From contig NZ_LWLG01000021.1 of the NCBI RefSeq assembly GCF_001652585.1, positions 1 to 30,974 of the forward strand: 30,974 nucleotides of DNA, in the 5' to 3' direction. A program made the translations under genes and the position numbers. Below the pieces are notes generated by a model. The model ran no database searches. It was not told the DNA's origin and saw only the letters and a list, made by a program, of their open reading frames with translations. Source of the DNA: Thermosulfurimonas dismutans (GTDB lineage: Bacteria; Desulfobacterota; Thermodesulfobacteria; Thermodesulfobacteriales; Thermodesulfobacteriaceae). Below are positions 1 to 7,206 of the stretch, one piece after another; positions within the stretch are counted from its first letter, which is position 1; each line of letters starts with the position of its first letter.

Positions 1-1
1 G

Positions 2-232
2 AGGTATCCGGTTGAAATAAGGCGGGTAATGTATACCACGAACATCATAGAGAGCGTAAACAGCAAATTTCGGAAGGCAACAGCGGGCAGGAGGGTTTTT
101 CCGACAGAGGAGTCTCTGCTTAAGTGTCTATACATGGCGGCCATGGAGCTTGAGAGGAAATGGCGCCGCCCTATTAAGGATTGGCCTTCAATTTACGCCC
201 AGCTCTCAATTTTATTTGAGGATAGGCTATAA
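2..232 (+). CDS. IS256-family (Mutator-type) transposase, C-terminal fragment; the 5' part lies outside the window
   Basis: The frame is open from base 2: RYPVEIRRVMYTTNIIESVNSKFRKATAGRRVFPTEESLLKCLYMAAMELERKWRRPIKDWPSIYAQLSILFEDRL*. The string IYTTNxIESxNxxxRK...FP...KW..PI..W is the conserved C-terminus of IS256-family transposases. This is the only plus-strand gene in the window. Confidence 0.8.
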   Translation, partial: RYPVEIRRVMYTTNIIESVNSKFRKATAGRRVFPTEESLLKCLYMAAMELERKWRRPIKDWPSIYAQLSILFEDRL

Positions 233-251
233 TGGGATTTACACAGAAGGG

Positions 252-1170
252 TGGACAGTCCCCCCACAAATTGAGGTGATGCCTCATGCCGCTAGTCTCT
301 CCTAAACCTCTGGCAAATTTCCTCCAAAATAGACCTCATCTGGAGTCCTCCCACCTAACCCAAAATGCGGCCTCTCCCGATTGTACCTCTCGATCCAGCG
401 CCCTATCGCCTCCCGAGCTTCTTTCCCGCCCTCAAATTCCAGCAGATATACGCACTCGTATTTCAGCGACCTCCAAAAACGCTCCACTATCCGGTTGTCT
501 TGCCTTCGCCCTCGACCGTCCATGGAAATGGCGACCCCTGCCTCCTCTAAAACTTCCAGAAACTCTCCACTCGTGTATTGACTCCCTTGATCCGTGTTGA
601 ATATCTCCGGCTTCCCATACCCCTCCAACGCCTCCTCCAGCACCTTCCGACAAAATCCAGCCTCCATCGTGTTCGATAGCCCCCACGAAAGTACCTTCCG
701 ACTGTACCAGTCTAGCACTACCACCAGATAGAAATAGCCTCCTCTTACGGGAATGTACGTGATGTCCGAACACCATACCTCATTGGGCCTCTCTACTTTC
801 CGATCCCTCAGCAAGTAAGGGTAAATCCGGTGATCCTTTGCTTTTTGGCTGGTCCTTTTGGGCCTGGGATGAAATACCTTGAGCCCCATAAGCCGCATCA
901 AGCGCTGCACCCTCTTGCGGTTCACCCTGTACCCTTCTTGCCTCAAAGCCTCCGCCATCCGTCGGCTCCCATAGTAAGGCTCCTTCTGCTTTCGAAATTG
1001 CTCTTTTCTTCTCCTCCTGTCTCAACTCTTCCTGTAGATTCCGGCTAAAAAATCGCGTTCCACCACGGCCTTGAATTCCGGAGAATACCTCTTAGGCTTT
1101 TTCCTGGACATTGGACCCCTCCTTTGTCTAATTTTTTCACCTTACCACGCTGTCCAAATTTCGGGGTCCA
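252..1170 (-). mobile_element. IS3-family insertion sequence remnant (about 0.9 kb, internally deleted); ends approximate
   Basis: It encloses the IS3 transposase remnant. Candidate imperfect terminal repeats both begin TGGAC: TGGACAGTCCCCCCACAAATT reading inward from 252 on the + strand, and TGGACCCCGAAATTTGGACAG reading inward from 1170 on the - strand. The element is shorter than the 1.2-1.5 kb usual for IS3 members. Confidence 0.5.
302..1111 (-). pseudogene. IS3-family transposase, collapsed orfA'-orfB reading frame interrupted by an in-frame TGA
   Basis: An ATG at 1111 with SD AAGGAGG gives MSRKKPKRYSPEFKA... (the IS3 OrfA N-terminus), then TGA at 1022-1024. The same frame continues ...PYYGSRRMAEALRQEGYRVNRKRVQRLMRLMGL and the integrase core. 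The DDE triad is present (WCSDITYIP, NTDQGSQYTS, DNRIVERFWRSLKYE). Most of OrfA and the first part of OrfB are missing compared with typical IS3 organisation (two frames, -1 frameshift). Confidence 0.75.
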
Positions 1171-1233
1171 ATTCTGTATGTCCTGAAACCGTTGATACAA
1201 GCGGATTCTACCACGGTGGGTGTCAAAGTTGGA

Positions 1234-2880
1234 TTAGAGATTCGGGGAGATCGTATCCAGGAGATCATCCCAGGCGGTGGCGTTGCTCCAGGCAAGAGCC
1301 CGATAAAGTGAAATATAGGAAGTATAGTCCGGGGCATGAGGGAGCCAGATGCTAAGACCATGGGCATCCTTCACCCCGTCTCCGGTGTTTGCATTGGCAA
1401 TTATCGCAGAGTCCAGAATGGACATAAGTTGAGAAGCCGCGTCTCTTACAGAAGAGGGAAAGCCCGGATCGTTCGCCAGGAGCTGAGCCAGGTGATAAAG
1501 GTCCACATAGTTATCAATAGTGCGATCTATAAAAGTATCGTTGTTATCGTCGAAGTACTGGACCTGCGCGAGGATCTGGTTACGAAAATGGTCAAACAGG
1601 GTAGCGTTTGAGGAAAAAACGCTTAAAAGCTCACGGGCCAGAACGTCGGTGGCGTTGGCTATGATATCCATTAGTGAAAGATCTATAGCGGATTGAGTGG
1701 CCAAGCTACTGGAGGAATAATTTAAATAATAATTAATAAAACGACCCACGATTACGCGCGCAAGCTCCGAAGATCCCATGGTGGCGTTTTCAGATAGCGC
1801 CTGGAGGATATGATCGTAGGGCCAGCCCACCACCCACTCGAAGTTCTCTGAACCTACCATGTAGCTGGCCAACCCTCGGATCTCGTAAGCCACCTCGGCC
1901 ATGGCCATGAGGCAGGCGTCCATTCCCACGAGATCTATAGGACGACCGAGGAAATCCCTGATTTGCGAAAGGGCATCCGCAAGCCGGGGAAGGCTCATAG
2001 AGGAATCGTAGTCGGGATTGTCGTCCCAGAGGAGATTCCGGGTAACGGAATAACCGCGAGCTTTGAAGCCCCCTCCGTGATTCCAGAGAACGAGGAGATA
2101 ATGATCAGCGGGAAAATGTTCAAAAACCCAGCGGGCAAAGTTTACCAAGGTGTCCACCCGGCTCATATCTACTTCTCCGAGATCTTCAAGCTCCACTGCT
2201 TCGCCGGATTCCACAAAATAGCGTTTGGCCGGTCCGTAATAAGTGTCGGCCTGAGCCACCACGTTCACTTCCGGACTGGAGCCTACGGAGGCCATCTCGG
2301 AAAGATCGCTATCCACATAGGTTCCCAGACTATTATCTCCACCCATGTAGACCATGACTGTCCAGCGGGATTTAAGTTTTAGATAAGGAGAGGTGCCAGT
2401 GAAGGTGTCGTTGTCAAGGGAAGTGGCCAGATCTCCTTCTCCGACTCCGGAGGGAGAGGCCCTTAGGACCAGGTAGTAGGCCCCGCCAAGGGCTTCCTTT
2501 AATTGTTGGTAAGCTGTATCATCAGGGGTGATCTCAAGAGTGTAATTTCCCTGCGAAGTGGTTACTTCGGAAAGGAGGACAGAGTCGGAAGGAAACTCGG
2601 TGCCGTTAAGCGAAGCATAAAAAGGGACAAGGTAAATCTGCATGTGATAAGAAAAGCCCGGTGGATCCGTGGAGACCTCCCAGTGAATGGTAAGGTTGTC
2701 CGAGGTCGAGGCCCTCGAACCGGAAAACCTGACAAGGGTTCCAGAGAAACTGGAGCTAAAACTAAAAGATCTTATCTCAACCCTTACCCAGGAAGGATCC
2801 CCACCCCCTCCGCCTCCTCCGCAGGCGGATAGCAGACAAATTAAAAAGAACACGAAAAAAATTTTCAGATAACCACGCAT
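1234..2880 (-). CDS. Clostripain-like cysteine peptidase (peptidase family C11) lipoprotein
   Basis: Signal peptide plus lipobox MRGYLKIFFVFFLICLLSAC followed by a Gly7 linker. The C11 His/Cys dyad context is present: YLLVLWNHGGG and DLVGMDACLMAMAEV. The conserved late motif AHGLSIWLP is also present. I prefer the ATG at 2880 over the track's TTG at 2931, because that TTG is part of a promoter-like TTGAAA. Confidence 0.8.
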   Translation of the reverse strand: MRGYLKIFFVFFLICLLSACGGGGGGGDPSWVRVEIRSFSFSSSFSGTLVRFSGSRASTSDNLTIHWEVSTDPPGFSYHMQIYLVPFYASLNGTEFPSDSVLLSEVTTSQGNYTLEITPDDTAYQQLKEALGGAYYLVLRASPSGVGEGDLATSLDNDTFTGTSPYLKLKSRWTVMVYMGGDNSLGTYVDSDLSEMASVGSSPEVNVVAQADTYYGPAKRYFVESGEAVELEDLGEVDMSRVDTLVNFARWVFEHFPADHYLLVLWNHGGGFKARGYSVTRNLLWDDNPDYDSSMSLPRLADALSQIRDFLGRPIDLVGMDACLMAMAEVAYEIRGLASYMVGSENFEWVVGWPYDHILQALSENATMGSSELARVIVGRFINYYLNYSSSSLATQSAIDLSLMDIIANATDVLARELLSVFSSNATLFDHFRNQILAQVQYFDDNNDTFIDRTIDNYVDLYHLAQLLANDPGFPSSVRDAASQLMSILDSAIIANANTGDGVKDAHGLSIWLPHAPDYTSYISLYRALAWSNATAWDDLLDTISPNL

Positions 2881-2956
2881 TTTGCCTTGTGAAGCTTTAT
2901 TCTTAAAATCCAAGCAAGACAATTTTTTCAAGAAATTTGGGAGACATCATCAAATT

Positions 2957-2982
2957 GAGGAGGGGGATTTCTCCCCCTCCTC
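2957..2982 (-). terminator. GC-rich stem-loop (perfect 11-bp stem, 4-nt loop) between the giant gene and the C11 gene; possible terminator or attenuator
   Basis: The + strand reads GAGGAGGGGGA tttc TCCCCCTCCTC. On the - strand the loop is GAAA, and the hairpin is followed by AAUUUGAUG, which is only a weak U-tract. Confidence 0.4.
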
Positions 2983-3008
2983 TTGGACTTTCTCCAAACA
3001 TTCAAGTT

Positions 3009-6000
3009 TTATCTCAGCGGTTTGAACCAGCCTTCACGCTGCCAGGGTTTGAGAATCTGTCTTCTAGAGAGAGACGAACGCCGCGATCGAGTATTGTCCC
3101 ACCACAAATCCCTGCTATAACTTATACCCTTCTTATCAAGCGTCCAAAGGGTCCCCTGAAGAGCGGACTGCACCCAGTCCTGAAGATCGGTCACATCGGG
3201 ATAAGCGTTGAGCATCAGGGTTTCATAAGAGTGCCCAGAAGTACCCGAAGTGTTCTGATACTGATTGTACATCTGATTCACCTGAGAGACATAAGAATAA
3301 ACCGGCTGCGGCAGTATTTGCGACCAATCAGGACTCCAGCTTCCAGAAGAAGGCACACCATAACCGGACACATCAATGTCCACATCATATTCCGTAACGC
3401 TACGGGTCACGGGATCAAAGATCCTAATTTCTCTCTCCCAAACATAATTCATCTCATTCACCTCGGAGAGCCCGGGTCCCGAGAATGAGAAGCTGCCCCA
3501 GCCGGAGGAGGTGAGATCTACATTGAGCATCTGTCGATTAAAGTCAAGCGTGCTCGGCATGGCATTGAAGGACAGATCGGCGTAGTAATTCCGTTCCTCC
3601 AAAACTGGATTGCTCGAAAAGTTTTCCCCCGAGAACAAAGTTACTTTAATGGGAGTTCCAAAGGGTATGTCCACTGTAAACAGAGTACCGTTCCCAATAT
3701 CATAAGTTGGAAGATGCCAATTTACGCCTTTATAAACTGTCCAAAACATCACCCAACTACCGCTTGTAGAGTTGATTAAGCTAACCTGCTTGGGAGGCTG
3801 AAAGGAATTATAATCCACAGTCACATTATCGCTCGACTGATCCAATAGCCAGAGATAATTATAGTTATTATCGTAGAAGAGTAATGTATAGTTTCCGTCG
3901 TTTTGGAGATCCCATTCATAAAGATCGAGTATTCCATTAGCCATCGTATTTGTACCATTATTCCACCAATAATCTATTGTCTCCCCGCTAACTACCTGCA
4001 AACCCGTCATTCCTGAAGATACATTCTTAACCTGCCAGGTTACGGTCTTCAGCGAAGTCGAAGGCGTAAAACCAGTTGCCCACCACCCGCAATAGATCCC
4101 CGTATCCGGCGTCGCATCAGCATAACCGTGACTGAAGAACTCCACAGTGGTGAGGTCGTAATCTCCGGGCGGCACGGTAAGAACCATCTGGACATCCACC
4201 TTCACATTCTTTCTCGATTCCTTGAGCTGGAGTTTTCCGTCACCGTTCGCATCGGCGCAAGCCAGTTTGAGGTTGTAAAGCTCGGTCTTGTCCAGGTAGC
4301 CATCCTGATTAATATCTCCAGAAGCTGCAGTGCAATTGGAGCCAGGATAAAATTGTTCGATTATGGCCTGGATGCAGGCCACGGGGAGAGTCCCATTCAG
4401 GGCTTCCTCGCAGGTAGATTTACAGAGCCCAGCGTTAGTGAGATACGCAACTCTTTCAGCCGCGCGTGCAAAAAGCATATCCGGCGAGACCACCAGATCC
4501 GGGGTCAAAGCCACGGAGATGGGCACCGGGGAGGTTACGCCCGCGAAGGTGACCACCCCGCTTGCGTCGGTCTGGCGGACCTCCACTGGGGCCAGGGTCT
4601 TCGGATCGTGACGGGTGACATAAAGGCCTTCAAGGCCAGTGCGAATGATGATTCTGTCAGTTATTCCTTGAGAACTTGCCGTCACCGTCCATTCACGAGA
4701 AATCACGTGTCCCTGCCCGTCATCCACTTCAAGTTTCATGTAGTAAATTCCAGCAGTCTGGAAGGTGTGAGTCATAGTGGTTCCTTGCCCTATCGCCTGA
4801 TAAGTCCCATCGGGATCGTTCTTGAGATACCAGCGATATGAAAGTAGATCGCCGTCCGGATCCCAGACATAGGCCGTATAACTTGCAGAAGAACCGGCGG
4901 TTACCAAAGTGGGACCCAACACGGAATAAATCTGAGGAGGACGATTATCTACAAAAACCATTACTGTAGTTTCAGCACTTGCGCTCTTCCCCGCGGCGTC
5001 CCTCACCGTAGCCCTGAAAGTAAGGTTGGTTCCCGAAGCCACCCCCTGGAACAGCCATTCACAGTACCCAGGACCACACTGGTTCACCGTCCCGTTAACA
5101 GGGGAACCGTTGATCACAGCCTCTGCAAGGCTCAAAGACTCACCCTCTGGATCCCAGGCCGAGACCCAGAAGCTCACCGTGTTCCCTTCGCGAACACTGT
5201 AAGCAGAAGGCCACACCGACACCATAGGAGGATTATTTACATAGGTTAGCATTACCCCGGCCTCAGAACCGTTATCATAATCCTCCTGATAATTCTTTGT
5301 CCCGTCCACTCTGACTGCCTGAGATAAAGTGCTCCCCAGAGAGGTCATGACGTCATAAAGGACGTTACTTCTGGCCTCGAGCACCACTTCTCCCGTAGCA
5401 TTGGTGAAACCAGTATTCCAGAAGTAGGAACCGTCAGAACCGTATCCCATAATCTCTACCAGTTCTCCCTCCATAGGATTTCCGTTTTCGTCTTGAACTT
5501 CTACCCTTATACGGGCATCTAGAATTTGGCGTGGATAAGTTACCCGCAGTTCAAAATCACATCCCGTAGTACCGGAAACAGTAACATTAGCAGATATGGC
5601 AGACCTCCCAAAACCAGAAGATCCCCAGTAGCCATAAAAAAAGGCATAATTGGCATTCACGTAATTCGGAGTATTGGCCTCCAGAGGTGTCAACACCACT
5701 ACCCTGGCTATACCATTGAGATCGGTATAGCCCCGATCAGAATAACCCTCGCGTTCATTACGTCCCTGAACCTCAATTTCTACTCCGCTAACTGGCTTAC
5801 CCCCGGGATCTTTCATCCAAATGCAAACTGTGCGCGGCTGAGCAAAAATTACATAGTCCAGATTGCACCAGGAATAAAAACTAGAAGAACAGAATTTCAC
5901 ATGATAAGAATGCACCGGATCAAGGACAGCATTATCCTCTACCGCGGTACCATTGGCATAATAAAGATCACCCTCTCCGAGATAACGCCAACGTCCATCT

Positions 6001-7103
6001 ATATACGCCCATACCGGAACCTGATATCCTGAAAGCCCAGGCTGATCATCCCGGAGCACACCGATTTGATCCGGGGGTACCTGAAGAACGTATTCATATC
6101 CGTTACAGGTTCCCGCCTGACGGGTAGCGTTTACCGAGGGAAGATTAAGAATGTTACCACTTTCGTCTTCCAATGAAATATATGCAAAAGCTACCGATTG
6201 AAGACGCTGTTCTTCAGAACCGGACCTTCCCGACGGATACCCCTGCCCCACAAAATCACCCGGAAAAGCTTCTGTCTGATTACCATTGAAGTAACCGAGC
6301 TCAGCAATAATGGTCCCGTTTAATGGAATATTCGCTCCCAGAGCTACCTGAAAAGCCACGTTACTCATATCCTGAGTAGCCCTTGTGCCAGCTCCCGCAA
6401 AAGCTTTGCCGTCCTTCGTAAGCCCGAAAAACACCCTTCCTCCCGCAGCCCTGGTAAGCTGGATCTGAGAGGACGTGACACGAATCTTAGAGACCGGCTT
6501 GAGCTTCGGAGAAAGATTGACCGAGATACCATTTTTAAAATCAATCACCTTCTCCCAGGGAGCAAACCCTTTGCTTTCTACCCTTACCAAAGCGCGGGTC
6601 GTGCTGTTCTCGTTTACTAAAATGGCAAACGAAATGGATTCCGAACCGTTTGCGGACCCCCAGTATACCACCCCATCGTTCATATAATCTCCATCCCCGT
6701 TGAGATCTACCAACACCTCCACCAGATAAATTCCAGAAAGACCTTCTGGAGTGACTCGAATCGAAGCTCTTCCTTCAGGCGGAGGACTAACCTGCCAATC
6801 AATAAGCGCCAAGGCCTTCCGCAACACTACTAAAGCATCACCAATAGTAATTTGGCCATCAGGTTGCGGCGTACCATCCGGGCTGAGAGGAGCCACGTCA
6901 GCGTGACATTTATCTTCTATAGTGGGAGTTTCCAGGGCAAGAGCAAATCGAAGGACTACCAGAGCGTCACCAATATTTATCCTCCCGTCACGATTACCCA
7001 GCGGGGCAACGTCGCCATCCGGAACACATAAGGAAAATGATATCCCTGGAGTTATAAAAGCAAGCAACCCTATACATAGGATCAGGACCTTGATCTTCCT
7101 CAT
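3009..7103 (-). CDS. Large secreted multidomain protein (1364 aa): N-terminal dockerin-like repeat pair, CarboxypepD_reg-like beta-sandwiches, two PKD/Ig-like domains, internal EF-hand pair
   Basis: ATG at 7103 preceded by GGGGGGGAGGA. Signal peptide MRKIKVLILCIGLLAFITPGISFS. Two repeats, DVAPLGNRDGRINIGDALVVLRFALAL and DVAPLSPDGTPQPDGQITIGDALVVLRKALAL. PKD-like signatures WDPEGESLS and YVWDPDGDLLSYRW...YYMKLEVDDGQG. EF-hand loops DINQDGYLDKTE and DANGDGKLQLKE. The track start at 7193 would lie inside the promoter. Confidence 0.8.
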   Translation of the reverse strand: MRKIKVLILCIGLLAFITPGISFSLCVPDGDVAPLGNRDGRINIGDALVVLRFALALETPTIEDKCHADVAPLSPDGTPQPDGQITIGDALVVLRKALALIDWQVSPPPEGRASIRVTPEGLSGIYLVEVLVDLNGDGDYMNDGVVYWGSANGSESISFAILVNENSTTRALVRVESKGFAPWEKVIDFKNGISVNLSPKLKPVSKIRVTSSQIQLTRAAGGRVFFGLTKDGKAFAGAGTRATQDMSNVAFQVALGANIPLNGTIIAELGYFNGNQTEAFPGDFVGQGYPSGRSGSEEQRLQSVAFAYISLEDESGNILNLPSVNATRQAGTCNGYEYVLQVPPDQIGVLRDDQPGLSGYQVPVWAYIDGRWRYLGEGDLYYANGTAVEDNAVLDPVHSYHVKFCSSSFYSWCNLDYVIFAQPRTVCIWMKDPGGKPVSGVEIEVQGRNEREGYSDRGYTDLNGIARVVVLTPLEANTPNYVNANYAFFYGYWGSSGFGRSAISANVTVSGTTGCDFELRVTYPRQILDARIRVEVQDENGNPMEGELVEIMGYGSDGSYFWNTGFTNATGEVVLEARSNVLYDVMTSLGSTLSQAVRVDGTKNYQEDYDNGSEAGVMLTYVNNPPMVSVWPSAYSVREGNTVSFWVSAWDPEGESLSLAEAVINGSPVNGTVNQCGPGYCEWLFQGVASGTNLTFRATVRDAAGKSASAETTVMVFVDNRPPQIYSVLGPTLVTAGSSASYTAYVWDPDGDLLSYRWYLKNDPDGTYQAIGQGTTMTHTFQTAGIYYMKLEVDDGQGHVISREWTVTASSQGITDRIIIRTGLEGLYVTRHDPKTLAPVEVRQTDASGVVTFAGVTSPVPISVALTPDLVVSPDMLFARAAERVAYLTNAGLCKSTCEEALNGTLPVACIQAIIEQFYPGSNCTAASGDINQDGYLDKTELYNLKLACADANGDGKLQLKESRKNVKVDVQMVLTVPPGDYDLTTVEFFSHGYADATPDTGIYCGWWATGFTPSTSLKTVTWQVKNVSSGMTGLQVVSGETIDYWWNNGTNTMANGILDLYEWDLQNDGNYTLLFYDNNYNYLWLLDQSSDNVTVDYNSFQPPKQVSLINSTSGSWVMFWTVYKGVNWHLPTYDIGNGTLFTVDIPFGTPIKVTLFSGENFSSNPVLEERNYYADLSFNAMPSTLDFNRQMLNVDLTSSGWGSFSFSGPGLSEVNEMNYVWEREIRIFDPVTRSVTEYDVDIDVSGYGVPSSGSWSPDWSQILPQPVYSYVSQVNQMYNQYQNTSGTSGHSYETLMLNAYPDVTDLQDWVQSALQGTLWTLDKKGISYSRDLWWDNTRSRRSSLSRRQILKPWQREGWFKPLR

Positions 7104-7194
7104 TCCTCCCCCCCTATTTTTTTCTTTTTCCGTATAAGACGGATTTTTTATCGTTTTAATCAAAAATAATATATAAGTCAATACATAAAACATA

Positions 7195-7203
7195 ATTATA
7201 ACA
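7195..7203 (-). promoter_or_regulatory. Extended -10 promoter element (TGTTATAAT) for the giant secreted-protein gene
   Basis: The - strand reads ...gattttGTTATAATtatg, i.e. TGnTATAAT. It sits in a roughly 100-nt AT-rich intergenic region, about 90 nt upstream of the ATG at 7103. Confidence 0.45.
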
Positions 7204-7206
7204 AAA

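Noticed and set aside
432-1025. Alternative minus-strand frames inside the IS3 remnant (432-776, 114 aa; 780-1025, 81 aa).
   Set aside because: They overlap the DDE-transposase frame, which carries all the recognisable motifs. Their sequences are Gly/Arg-rich and match nothing I know, including IS3 OrfA.
2393-2398. GTGCCA (TGGCAC on the minus strand), considered as the -24 element of a sigma-54 promoter because rpoN is in the window. A second copy lies at 6385-6390.
   Set aside because: Neither copy has the required GC(A/T) -12 element at the correct 5-nt spacing (TAAG and GTAG occur where GCAA should be). Both are deep inside coding sequence.
2795-2820. A GGA/GGC/GGG-rich run that looks like a simple-sequence repeat.
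   Set aside because: It encodes the Gly7 linker immediately after the lipobox cysteine of the C11 lipoprotein. That is a common flexible tether and not a separate DNA-level feature.
2881-2931. N-terminal extension of the C11 gene in the track (TTG at 2931, MKKLSCLDFKNKASQGK...).
   Set aside because: The TTG is part of a TTGAAA promoter-like hexamer. The ATG at 2880 gives a textbook lipoprotein signal peptide starting MRGYLKIFF. The same logic removes the extensions 7104-7193 (giant gene), 29097-29180 (rpoN) and 25847-25876 (EIIA-Man).
3009-7103. Apparent richness of N-x-S/T sequons in the giant protein (about 23 by eye, NGT recurring), considered as evidence for N-glycosylation.
   Set aside because: The protein is Asn-, Ser- and Thr-rich overall, so the excess over expectation is modest. 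No glycosyltransferase gene is present in the window. This is not supportable from sequence alone.
7108-7123. G7 and A7 homopolymer runs (minus strand) just upstream of the giant gene start, considered as a slipped-strand phase-variation switch.
   Set aside because: The runs lie upstream of the AGGA core of the SD. Length changes would therefore not alter the SD-to-ATG spacing or any reading frame. A single sequence gives no evidence of length variation.
7129-7143. Small hairpin TCCGT-ataag-ACGGA in the AT-rich gap, considered as the T2SS operon terminator.
   Set aside because: The stem is only 5 bp. On the transcribed (minus) strand it is followed by an A-run, not a U-run. The T-run exists only on the plus strand, where no gene needs terminating.
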